Below the pieces are notes generated by a model, which was not told the origin of the DNA, did no database searches, and was given only the letters and a program-made list of their open reading frames with translations. A DNA stretch of 64,000 nt from Chiloscyllium plagiosum (Eukaryota), in NCBI RefSeq assembly GCF_004010195.1, contig NC_057720.1:19559380-19623379 (forward strand), written 5' to 3'. Below are positions 37,870 to 49,545 of this stretch, in pieces (position 1 is the first letter of the stretch; each line of letters opens with the position of its first letter). Position numbers and translations under genes: made by a program.

Positions 37870-40062
37870 AATAAGTTAAACTGCATTTATTTAAATGCAA
37901 AGGGCCTAACAGAGAAGGCAGATGAACTCAGGGCATGGTTAGGAACATGGGACTGGGATATCATAGCAATTACGGAAGGAATGTGCAGGGATACAAATGC
38001 TACAGGAAGGATAGAAAGGGAGGCAAGAGAGGAGGGGGAGCGGCATTTTTGAAAAGGGATAGCATTACAGCTGTGCTGAGGGAGGATTTTCTCGGAAATA
38101 CATCCAGGGAAGTTATTTGGGTGGAACTGAGAAATAAGAAAGGGATGATCACCTTATTGGGATTGTATTATAAACCCCCAATAGTCAGAGGGAAACTGAG
38201 AAACAAACTTGTAAGGAGATCACAGCTATCTGTAAGAATTATAGGGTAGTTATGGTAGGGGATTTTAACTTTCCAAACATCGACTGGAATGGAGAGGAAT
38301 TTAAGTGCGTACAAGACAATTTTCTGATTCAGTATGTGGATGCACCTACTAGAGAAGGTGCAAAATTTGACCTACTCTTGGGAAATAAGGCAGCGCAAGT
38401 GACTGAGGTAGTCTCCAATTTAGAACTTCAACTTTTAGATCTGGTCTATCCTTTTCCATCACTTTGGGGCCAGCGACCATAATTCTATTTGTTCTAAAAC
38501 AGTGATGGAAAAGGATAGACCAGATCTAAAAGTTGAAGTTCTAAATTGGAGAGAGCCCAATTTTGACTGTATTAGGCAAGAACTTTCGAAAGCTGATTGG
38601 AGGCAGATGTTCGCAGGTAAAGGGACGGCTGGAAAATGGGAAGCCTTCAGAAATGAGATACCAAGAATCCAGAGAAAGTATATTCCTGTCAGGATGAAAC
38701 GGAAGGCTGGTAGGAATACGGAATGCTGGATGACTAAAGAAATTGAGGTGAAAAATGTGTTGCTGGAAAAGCGCAGCAGGTCAGGCAGCATCCAAGGAGC
38801 AGGAGAATCGACGTTTCGGGCATAAGCCCTTCTTCANNNNNNNNNNNNNNNNNNNNNNNNNNNNNNNNNNNNNNNNNNNNNNNNNNNNNNNNNNNNNNNN
38901 NNNNNNNNNNNNNNNNNNNNNNNNNNNNNNNNNNNNNNNNNNNNNNNNNNNNNNNNNNNNNNNNNNNNNNNNNNNNNNNNNNNNNNNNNNNNNNNNNNNN
39001 NNNNNNNNNNNNNNNNNNNNNNNNNNNNNNNNNNNNNNNNNNNNNNNNNNNNNNNNNNNNNNNNNNNNNNNNNNNNNNNNNNNNNNNNNNNNNNNNNNNN
39101 NNNNNNNNNNNNNNNNNNNNNNNNNNNNNNNNNNNNNNNNNNNNNNNNNNNNNNNNNNNNNNNNNNNNNNNNNNNNNNNNNNNNNNNNNNNNNNNNNNNN
39201 NNNNNNNNNNNNNNNNNNNNNNNNNNNNNNNNNNNNNNNNNNNNNNNNNNNNNNNNNNNNNNNNNNNNNNNNNNNNNNNNNNNNNNNNNNNNNNNNNNNN
39301 NNNNNNNNNNNNNNNNNNNNNNNNNNNNNNNNNNNNNNNNNNNNNNNNNNNNNNNNNNNNNNNNNNNNNNNNNNNNNNNNNNNNNNNNNNNNNNNNNNNN
39401 NNNNNNNNNNNNNNNNNNNNNNNNNNNNNNNNNNNNNNNNNNNNNNNNNNNNNNNNNNNNNNNNNNNNNNNNNNNNNNNNNNNNNNNNNNNNNNNNNNNN
39501 NNNNNNNNNNNNNNNNNNNNNNNNNNNNNNNNNNNNNNNNNNNNNNNNNNNNNNNNNNNNNNNNNNNNNNNNNNNNNNNNNNNNNNNNNNNNNNNNNNNN
39601 NNNNNNNNNNNNNNNNNNNNNNNNNNNNNNNNNNNNNNNNNNNNNNNNNNNNNNNNNNNNNNNNNNNNNNNNNNNNNNNNNNNNNNNNNNNNNNNNNNNN
39701 NNNNNNNNNNNNNNNNNNNNNNNNNNNNNNNNNNNNNNNNNNNNNNNNNNNNNNNNNNNNNNNNNNNNNNNNNNNNNNNNNNNNNNNNNNNNNNNNNNNN
39801 NNNNNNNNNNNNNNNNNNNNNNNNNNNNNNNNNNNTTCACGCAGATGGTGGTACGTGTATGGAATGAGCTGCCAGAGGATGTGCTGGAGGCTGGTACAAT
39901 TGCAACATTTAAGAGGCATTTGGATGGGTATATGAATAGGAAGGGTTTGGAGGGATATGGGCCGGGTGCTGGCAGGTGGGACTAGATTGGGTTGGGATAT
40001 CTGGTCAGCATGGACGGGTTGGACCGAAGGATCTGTTTCCATGTTGTACGTCTCTATGACTC
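37870..40062 (+). mobile_element. CR1 LINE spanning the gap (endonuclease region left, 3' tail right); family B insertion begins about 38746
   Basis: NCIYLNAKGLTEKADELRAW, MVGDFNFPNIDW; tail ggaccgaagg..tctatgactcta. Confidence 0.85.
38837..39835. other. Assembly gap (999 N)
   Basis: Run of N. Confidence 1.
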
Positions 40063-42514
40063 TACTTGGATATAAATACCAGTGCATTAATTATTCAATG
40101 CATGGGCGAACAATTGGAATATAGCAGAACATAGGAATTAAAAGCTACTACATTCAGAATTTCAGGCAGCTCAAGACTGAATAAAAGTGGCCGCAGGTCC
40201 CCACCACAAAGGAAACAAAAAAACAAATTTAAAAATCAGGCTTCCTCTACCATTCAATATCTGATTTTAAAAAGTTCTGAATAGGACGAGCAACAGTAGC
40301 CTCTTTTGCAACAAGTGAACAACCCCAAGACTTGTTTTTCAGACTGCAATAAGCAGAGGATCTAGACTTGCATAGATTTACAAATATACTTCTACCTGCT
40401 GCCTGATTGTCACAGACGAAGAGTTTTGGAAGGAATGTATAGTGATGGCACCTGGCAGGGAAGATTACATCAGAATTGTACATCAGAACACTAAGATTTC
40501 TAATAGTTTGTAACCTGATAACACCTCCAACTTCCTCAGTAATGCACTGGAATGTCAGCCTTGATCTGGATTGAAACTTTCAACAACTTCCTGACAGAGG
40601 CAGGTGCTACCAACTTAGCCACTGCTGACAAGTCAGGATCTGCGTCTTCTGCTGGTTTACTGAAATCATGGTCTTCATCACAATTATTACGATCAATTGG
40701 TCAATTGCAGAGACAGCTGATCTCACTGCATGCCTGTGTTTCCATGCTATGCACACATCAATCACCACATGGCTTCCACTTCCAGAAGCCACATACTTTA
40801 AATTATTTTTCAGTTTGATTCAGATGAACTATTGTTGCAGAGTAAAGTAAATTTTGCAGCATCAATGCAAACAAACTTGAAATATATTTGGAACTCATGC
40901 AAAGCCAGTATGTTACAGATTAGAAACATAGGAGGCTAGTCAGCCCATCATGTCCACGTGAACTTGCTGCAAAAGCATCTCAGCAAGTCTGTTCTGCTCT
41001 CGACCTACAGGATGTTCTCTTCAGTTGTTTATCTAATAGATCCATGAAGGGCAAAGAGTTAGAGAACACTGCTGAGCCCCACATCCAATACCTGACTAAA
41101 GAAAGCCAACACTATGTTTCCCAAGCTGTAACCATCCCTGCACAACTGAAATCAGCCAGCAACATTCAATGTTATAGAGCTGTAATTCCAGACTGACGTT
41201 GCAACAACCATACTTGGCACAAGTGCAGATTTTGCTGAACTGGTCCTGATTTTCCCTCTTTTGTCAATTACCACAGTCAAATCCACCTGCTAGCGTTAGT
41301 AAATACATTTATGGAGCTTTCATGCAACGAAAGTTAAGATAGTAAACTTAATTTAGAACAGAGCCCTTTTATTTAAATCTTTACTCAATGAATTCAATAC
41401 TACAAATGGTGAATTAACCTCACATCAACACAGGGCATTAAGTCAAGAGAAGGTCCTGCAAAGATCTTTAAAACTGATGCTTAAAATGATCACTCTTCTT
41501 AAATGAAGGAATGAAGTGTTTAAGTGAGCTGACAGACAATGTTGCTCAACTTTGGATTTCTTACAACGTGAAAAAAAAAGAATAAATTGAACTGTAACCA
41601 GCAGGGAAAGGACTAACTTAGCACATATGCCCCCATCCTTTGAATGCATTCCAAATGAAATTGAATGTAGTCCTACCAATCAAAAAAAAATGCTTCAACA
41701 CTTCAGAATCTGGTCAGAATGCTAGAAAAGAAATCAGACAATAGAATGGCCCTATCCAGAAACTATACGTCAATGCCTGAAGAGGTTTACCGAAGAATTA
41801 GACGCAATGGAACAAATTGTCACATTTGCCTCAAATACAATCCTTCGAGTAGATATCGATTGGATGGCTACCAAATATACTTGCCATATGAGTTACAAAG
41901 TAGTGGAGTTGATAAGGAGGTAATTAATATTCAAAGTTATACTGAACTGAATGTCCGATTTGTGGGAAGCTCATAAACGAAGAAAAATATTCACTCCTAT
42001 CGTTGTGCACTTTTAAAATGAAGGCTTCCTTTGACATCAAATTTCTCTTGAAACAACAGTCTCCCAAGTGAATTCAACAAAGGCTAAGCATCACACTTGC
42101 CTCCTGAATACCTATTTGATCAGCTGTACATGTCTCAAACTTCAAAGAACTGGCAGATAATGTGCAGTCACAGGTGTCACATAAATTTGGTGAGTAGAGG
42201 ACTAAGTGAATAATTATATATGCATGATTTTAGATTTATATAAGCTGTATAAAAATAAACACTTCATTCTGTTTTCTTTGCAGTAGATTGACTTGCACTT
42301 GAATTCAAAAGTGATCTTGTGTTTAAAGAGGTTGGAGACTACTGATCTGACAAATCCCAAGTGCTACATCTTTGAAGCAGGTAAATGACCATGAGTGGAT
42401 CAAACTGGATTGTCCCTTCAAAATGCATATACACACACCCCGACTGGTTTTCTTTTGTGTTGGATCATGTTCTGCAAGACGTTGTTTCACTGACTACCTC
42501 TTCTCCAAAGCAGG

Positions 42515-43095
42515 TGAGAACTTGGAGTATAGGAGTTGGAATGTCATGTTGTGGGCTATACAGGAAACTGGTAAGGCCACTTTTGGAATACTGTGTACAA
42601 TTCTGGTCACCCTTCTATAAGATAGGTGTCGTTAAACTTGAGAGGGTGCAGACAAGATTTGTAAGTACGTTGCTGGGACTAGAGAGTTTGAGTCATAGGG
42701 AGTGATTGAACAGGCTGGGGCTATATTCCCTGGAGTATCAGTGTCTGAGGGGTAACCTTGTAGACATTTATAAAATCATGAGGGAAATAGGGTGAATAGC
42801 AAAGGATTTTCTTCCCCCAACAAAGAGTCATCCAAAACTAGCAGGCATAGGTTTAAGGTGAGAGGGGAAAGGTTTAAAAGGGAGCTAAGGGGTATTTTGT
42901 TTTCTCAGAGGGTAGTGCATGCATGGAATGAGCTACCAGAGGAATTGGTGGAAACTGGTGCAATTACAACATTTAAGACATAATAGAGGTGTATAGGCCA
43001 AATGCTGGCGAATGGGACTAGGTCAGATTGGGATATCTGGTAGGCATTGTCGAGATGGAGTGAAGGGTCTGTTTCCACTCTGTATGACTCTATGA
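42515..43095 (+). mobile_element. CR1 LINE 3' end just inside GCLM intron 2
   Basis: LYRKLVRPLLEYCVQFWSP; FSQRVVHAWNELP; tail tatgactctatga. Confidence 0.9.
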
Positions 43096-43136
43096 CCCCG
43101 TCAGTACCAGCTATTATAAAGTCACGGCTCACTCAC

Positions 43137-43202
43137 CTTTAGCAGCTCGGGGCTGACCTGAGAGCACCATTTCTCCAGAGTCTCCCGAATACAATCCTGT
43201 AA
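43137..43202 (-). CDS. GCLM: GCLM exon 2
   Basis: tgcag|LQDCIRETLEKWCSQVSPELLK|gtgagt; 66 nt. Confidence 0.95.
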
Positions 43203-43322
43203 CTGCAAAAGACACAGAGAGAGAGAGAGAGAAGGGCAGTGAGTGCGGCTCAGGGCCTGCCAGGAGCTCTGACAGCAGCGCAGACCCCAGAGGGATACCC
43301 GCCACGACCTAAGGTACTTCAC

Positions 43323-43457
43323 CTCCTCGCTCGGCGAGGTTGGACATTTCTTCTTTAGCCGGCTCCAGTTGACGATGTTGCCGGTGTGAATGGAGACAGC
43401 TGAGGCCTGAGCGAATAGCTGCTTGCCGCCCTCCATCTGCATTCCACAGCCCGACAT
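43323..43457 (-). CDS. GCLM: GCLM exon 1 (glutamate-cysteine ligase modifier subunit)
   Basis: gccATG at 43457; ..SIHTGNIVNWSRLKKKCPTSPSEE matches the GCLM TGNLLNWGRLRKKCP..SEE motif; donor GAG|GTGAAG; 135 nt. Confidence 0.95.
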
Positions 43458-44095
43458 GGCGGAGACCACCGACCGGACCGGCACGAACCGCCTCTACCGG
43501 CCCCGCCCCTCAACAACGTCATCGAAGCACCGCCCTCAGTTGACGTCACGGACCCCGCCCCCACACCGAAAGTCACCCGGCCGCCATTACCCAAACGTCA
43601 TCCAGGCTCAGGACCCGCCCCCTCCCCGGGGATTCCTCCGCCCCGCCAGTCCCTGAAAGACGCACCCTGGCCCCGCCCTTTCAGAGCGTCACCGTCGACC
43701 CCGCCCCTACACTTCATGTCTGCTTCTCAGTCTCGCTCACACCCACACGTCATTTCTCCACGAACGTCAACCCGCCCGCCTCTACCCCGAACGTTGTCCC
43801 GTCCTTCCTCCCCCAAAACGTCCCCTCCCTGAATGCCAGCCCCTGTAAGTCACCGCCCATCAATAGGTTCCGCTCCTGAACGTAACCCTATCTACGTCAT
43901 CACGCTACCCGATCAAGACCACGCCCCCTTACGTGACATCACGTCTGCGTCCTCAGTGCGGCCCCTCGCTCTGGCTCCGCCCCTTCATTTCCAGCTCGGG
44001 GCTGCTTCCACTAGCCACGCCCCTGAACAAAACGTCCCGCCCAAAGCCGCTAATCCCCGCCTACCGTCAGAGTTCCCGCCCCCAGCACAGAGCTT
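43458..44095 (-). promoter_or_regulatory. GCLM CpG-island promoter with many GC boxes and CRE/half-CRE sites
   Basis: CpG-dense; CCCCGCCC at 43501, 43553, 43671, 43699; perfect CRE TGACGTCA at 43541-43548; repeated ACGTCA half-sites. Confidence 0.8.
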
Positions 44096-44270
44096 CAGTG
44101 CAAACCTGTTGGACTATAACTTGGTGTGTGATTTTTAACTTTGTACACCCCAGCCCAACACCGGCATCTCCAAATCATGACTGCTATACACTGATACTCT
44201 CCTCCATCTTCAATACAGTACCCCAACTCGTTGGGAAACTGTTTAACTTCAACTGTCGCCTCTATTCCAA

Positions 44271-44537
44271 AGAGAAAGTGAGGTCTGCAGATGCTGGAGA
44301 TCAGAGCTGAAAATGTGTTGCTGGAAAAAGCGCAGCAGGTCAGACAGCATCCAAGGAGCATAACATGTCAAAATTTCAGATGATCTTGGTTTTGGACTAG
44401 CGCAGCAGGTCAGGCAGCATCCAAGGAGCAGGAGAATCGACGTTTCGGGCAAGAGCCCTTCTCCTGCTCCTTGGATGCTGTCTGACCTGCTGCGCTAGTC
44501 CAAAACCAAGATCATCTGAAATTTTGACATGTTATGC
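44271..44537. mobile_element. Family B element with fold-back capture of non-element DNA
   Basis: agagaaagtgagg terminus; 79-bp inverted arms 44358-44436 and 44459-44537. Confidence 0.75.
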
Positions 44538-44784
44538 AGACTGTAACTGTAGATGTTCAGAGTTTGAGACTGAGCTCCAAATCGTCACTGTTATGTTTAG
44601 AGAATGGGCCTTAGGCCAAACATCCAGCTCCCACTGCACAATACCTCCCTGGATCCTCAAGATCCACAGTGAGTCTCTCTACAACATGAACTTACTCTTA
44701 CATTGATAGCACCATTAGCCATTGTCCTGCCCAGCTGCTTTTAGGCCATAAACTGGGATGAGGCAAGGCACTAACTTTTTTTTA

Positions 44785-45113
44785 AGATTCCCTATAGCGT
44801 GGAAACAGGCCCTTCGGCCCAACAAGTCCACACCAACCCTCCGAACAGTAACCCACTCAGTCTCATTTCCCTCTGACAAATGCACCTAACATTACGGGCA
44901 ATTTATCATGGCCAATTCACCTAACCTGCACATCTTTGGGCTGTGGGAGGAAACCGGAGCACCCGGAGAAAACCCACGCATTCGTGGGGAGAATGTGCAA
45001 ACCACACAGACATTTGCCCAAGACGGGAATTGAACCCGTCCCTGGCGCTGTGAGGCAGCAGGGCTAATCACTAAGTCACCGTGCCGCCCCCCCACTGAGC
45101 CACCGTGCCACCC
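44785..45113 (-). mobile_element. HE1-type V-SINE
   Basis: As above; duplicated 5' head at 45070-45113. Confidence 0.85.
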
Positions 45114-46569
45114 ACTGTTGTAACATGAAGCCTTCCGCTGGTGTGTGGCTAATCTACAGGCCGAGCAGAAACTGTTCAGCCTGCGTCACCTCGAATCCTG
45201 CCACGGCAAATGGTAGAATTTGAATTTAATAAGAAAGAATATATGGAATTAAGAACCCACTCTTGACCATAAAACCATTATTGATTGTCAGAAAAATGAA
45301 TCTGGCTCACCAAAGTCCTTGACGGAAAGAAATCACAGTTCATTCTGGAAAGAAATTACCATCTTTACCTGGCCTGGCTCACATGTGACTCCAAAGCAAT
45401 GTTGTTGACTGTCAACTACCCTCTGGGCAACTAGGGATGGGCAATGAATACCCTCATCCTGTGAATGAATTTTAAAAACGCTGAGACTCACTAACCCTGT
45501 CCTTCTAATCAGCCTGCTCCAAAACATACTTCAGGAGCCTTTTGTCAGTAAAGGCAGACATCAATAATGTAATTCAATTGCGCCTTCAATGTGCCTAAAC
45601 AATAGAGTTTTAAGTGACAAACGCTTCAAACCTGATAAGTTCAAGGTCTACACAACAGTAGTGTTACCTGCCCCCTCGGGGGACATGGACAATGTACAGC
45701 AAACAATGGAAAGAACTGGAAAACACCCAAGAAGCATCAAACTCACCCACCGCTTCAAACCCCACCTGCGTCACCTGTAGCAGGGTGTGCGGATCCAGCA
45801 TTGGACTGTTCCGTCACCTCTCGTTGCATAATTCAGGAGTGGACACAAGTGATGCTCTATCTCAGAGACTGGTACGTTAGCATTGGCAGCAGATCCTTAA
45901 TTAACACAGCTAATTCCCTGTCCTAGTGACAGTTTAATATCCCTGTTCTGGTTTTGGAGAACATTTCATGTGACCTGCAGTGTTTGTAGTCACCTTCCAA
46001 AATCACCCTGGCAGATTGTTAGGTCATTAAGGAGCAGCTTTAATGTAACATAAGCTTTCACAGGATTCTTGGACCTATTGGTAGAAATAGTAGAGCAAAG
46101 GTTGTTCCAAGATACTGATAGAATAACATCTCTGTGCAGATTAATCTACTGTGCCATAAATCATGTTGCCAGCTTAATGACATTTACATGGTTATGTTTC
46201 ATGATGGTGTGCAGAACAACTGAAGGCAGCTTATGTCCAACTTGGTAACAAACCTTGGCTCTCTTAAGGCTATATGACTTTGAAGTGACCTAAAACATTA
46301 ATACTCAAATGAAATCCAGAACATCTAGGGACCAAAATAATCCAACAAATTGTGAATGATTGTTTCATTATCTGTTTATGTGGTATAAGGAGATGAGTGT
46401 TAGAGAAAGAGGTTGAAAGGCCTCTGATTTTGGCCCTTTTTATGGTCGTGTTAAAACTTGTAAGAAGATAAAGATCTGTTATTTTACAGCACATCATATT
46501 AAACAAAACAACTACACATTTTATTGATGCAATCATACTCATCCAACTTATAAATGAGAATCTGTGTAG

Positions 46570-46791
46570 GAGAAAGTAAGGACTTCAGATGCTGGAGATC
46601 AGAGTCGAGAATGTGGTGCTAGAAAGGCGCAGCAGGTCAGGTGGCATCTGAGGAGCAGGAGAATCGACATTTCGGGCATAAGCCTTTCATCACAAATGAC
46701 TGATGAAGGACTTATGCTCAAAACATCGATTCTCCTGCTCCTTGGATGCTGCCTGACCTGCTGTGTGTTTTCAGCACCACACTCTCAACAA
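46570..46791. mobile_element. Family B non-autonomous palindromic element, 13-bp TSD
   Basis: Inverted arms of about 85 bp with a decayed hammerhead in each; AGAATCTGTGTAG at 46557-46569 and 46792-46804. Confidence 0.8.
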
Positions 46792-47609
46792 AGAATCTGT
46801 GTAGCCTATTTCCTACTTCGTACCAGTGACAAAACTCTACCTTGCTCCTTGCTGCTGCTGCTGAATTCCTCATCCATGCCTTTATTGCCTCTGGACCAAG
46901 TTATTCCAATGCACTTCTGGCAGGGCTCCCACATTTTTGCCTTCATATGTTTAACACCATGTAACCTCTGCTATCATTCAAATAAGTACAATGCCCTGTT
47001 CACCCATCCCATCTGTTCCTGATAATTTCCTGTTCATCCATCAAGCCTATTCTCAATGACTTACTAGAAATCCTGTTTAAGCAAATATCGATTTTTAAAT
47101 TCTCATTCTTGTTTTCAATCTCTTAATGGCTTCACCCCTCCCTATCTCTGCATACCCTAAAGCCTTCAATCCAACACAATATCTGTAATCTTCCATTTCT
47201 GATTTCTTCATTCTCAATTTTAATCTTTCTAATGCTACAGGCTGCACCTACACTTGTCAAGTCCCTAGTTTCTGGAAATCCGTCCCCAATTATCTCCAAC
47301 TTTTTCTATATGAGTTTTCCTCCTTTCATATTCTCTTTAGAACCCTTCAACCAAACTTGGGGCTATCTCTCCAAGTATTACTTTATGTGGTTTGATGGCC
47401 AAGTTTTGTTTGATAACTCAGTTGTGAAGTGTATTGGGGTGTTTCACCATGTTGAAGATGCTATATGAATACAAGTTGTTTATTGATTAGCCAATTAGAA
47501 TCCCAGATTGAATATTCAATTCTAATGTTATCAAGTAAACTTGCACTTGAGAAGTGGGTCAATTATCAATGTTGCTGCGACATTAATGTAAGCTGACACT
47601 TACATAGAA

Positions 47610-48185
47610 TCAGAGTATCATAGAATCCCTACAGTGTGGAAACAGGCCCTTCAGCCCAATTAGTCTACACCAACCCTCCAAAGAGTAACCCACCAGGACC
47701 CATTCCCCTACCCTATTATCCTATATTTACCTCCAACTCATGCACCTTACACATCCCTGAACACCATGGGCAATTTAGCATGGCTAATTCATCTAATTGC
47801 ACATCTTTGGATGTTCTCATGAAATTTGGGCGATACAGTGGCTCAGTGGTCAGCACAGTGCCAGGCACCCAGGTTCAATTCCAGCCTCGGGTGACTGTTT
47901 ATGTGGAGTTTGCACATTCTCCCCATGTATGCATGGGTTTCCTCGAGGTGCTCAGGTTTCCTCCCACGATTCACTGTCGGGATTCTATTCTATTGTAAAA
48001 GTCGAAAGATATGCAAGTTAGGTGAATTGGCATGCTAAATTGCTCATAGTGATCAAGGATATGTAAGTTTGCCATGAGGAATTCAGGGTTAGGAGAATGG
48101 GTCTAGGTGAGATGATCTTTGGAGGGTTGGTGTGGACTTGTTGGACCAAATGGCCTGTTTCCACACTGTAGGGATTCTATTCTAT
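47610..48185. mobile_element. Two HE1-type SINEs in inverted orientation (3' half minus 47610-47810; full plus 47828-48185)
   Basis: Complementary tails at both outer ends; V-domain at 47895-47965. Confidence 0.8.
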
Positions 48186-48743
48186 CATGTTTAAAGAATT
48201 TCCTACACATTATAATTTGAGTGGACCCTTGTAGAAAAATGTTTAGTTATAGACATAGACATAGAACATTACAGTGCAGTACAGGCCCTTCGGCCCTCGA
48301 TGTTGCGCCGACCTGTCATATCAATCTGAAATCCATCTAACCTACACTATTCCATGTACGTGCATATGCTTGTCCAATGATGACTTAAACGTACTTAGAG
48401 TTGGCGAATCTACTACCATTGCAAGGCAAAGCATTCCATACTCTTACTATTCTCTGAGTAAAGAAACTGCCTCTGACATCTATCCTATATCTATCACCCC
48501 TCAATTTAAAGCTATGCCCCCTCGTGCTCGCCATCATTATACTTGGAAAAAGGCTCTCCCTGTCCACCCTATCCAGCCCTCTGATTAACTTCTATGTCTC
48601 TATTAAGTCACCTCTCAACCTTCTCTCTATCAAAAACAGCCTCAAGTCCCTCAGCCTTTCCTTGTAAGACCTTCCCTGCAAACAGGCAACATCCTAGTAA
48701 ATCTCCTCTGCACCCTTTCCAAAGCTTCCACATCCTTCTTATA

Positions 48744-49545
48744 GGAGAAAGTGAGGACTGCAGATGCTGGAGATCAGAGCTGAAAAATGTGTTGCTGGAA
48801 AAGCACAGCAGGTCAGGCAGCATCCAAGGAGCAGGAATCGACGTTTCAGGCATAAGCCCTTCTTCAGGAATGAGGAGGGTGTGCCAAGCAGGCTAAGATA
48901 AAAAGTAGGGAGGAGGGACCTGGGGGAGGGGCGTTGGGAATGCGATAGGTGGTAGGATGTTGGAGTTAAAGTGTTCAGCCACGGGGCAGTTGGGTTGGTT
49001 GGTCCGGTTGGTGGGATGGTAGGTGAGGACCAGTGGGGTTCTGTCCTGGTGGTGATTGGAAGGGTGGGGCTCAAGGGTGGAGGAGCGGGAAGTGGAGGAG
49101 ATGCGGTGGAGAGCATCGTCAACCACGTCTGAGGGGAAATTGCGGTCTTTGATGAAGGAGACCATCTGGGTTGTTCGGTATTGGAATTGGTCCTCCTGGG
49201 AGCAGATGCGGCAGAGGCGAAGGAATTGGGAATATGGGATGGCGTTTTTACAGGGGGCAGGGTGGGAGGAAGTGTAATCTAGGTAGCCGTGGGAGTCGGT
49301 CGGTTAATAGTGAATGTCCGTGTTGAGTCGGTCGCCTGAGATAGAAATGGAGAGGTCTAGGAAGGGGAGGGAGGAGTCTGAGATGGTCCAGGTAAATTTG
49401 GGGTCGGAGTGGAAGGTGTTAGTAAAGTGGATGAACTGTTCAACCTCCTTGTGGGAGCACGTGGTAGCGCCGATACAGTCATTGATGTAGTGGAGGAAAA
49501 GATGGGGAGTGGTGCCAGTGTAGCTGCGGAAGATGGACTGTTCAA
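48744..49545 (-). mobile_element. Internally deleted Penelope-like element (family B) nested in CR1, 15-bp TSD
   Basis: RT motif FLHYINDCIG, DRTPLVLTYHP, PVAEHFN, hammerhead end; CACATCCTTCTTATA at 48729-48743 and 49546-49560. Confidence 0.85.
48836..48871 (-). ncRNA. Minimal hammerhead motif, PLE family B (core intact)
   Basis: AUUC-CUGAAGA-A-GGGC(UUAU)GCCU-GAA-ACGU-C^GAUU; stem I is weak, with one U.U mismatch. Confidence 0.7.

Noticed and set aside
38734-40087. Three longest ORFs in the track (368-417 aa)
   Set aside because: Artefacts of translating through the N gap.
43833-44310. Pro/Ser-rich ORFs suggesting a divergent gene at the GCLM promoter
   Set aside because: Expected from GC-rich sequence; they run into repeats and have no convincing splice donor.
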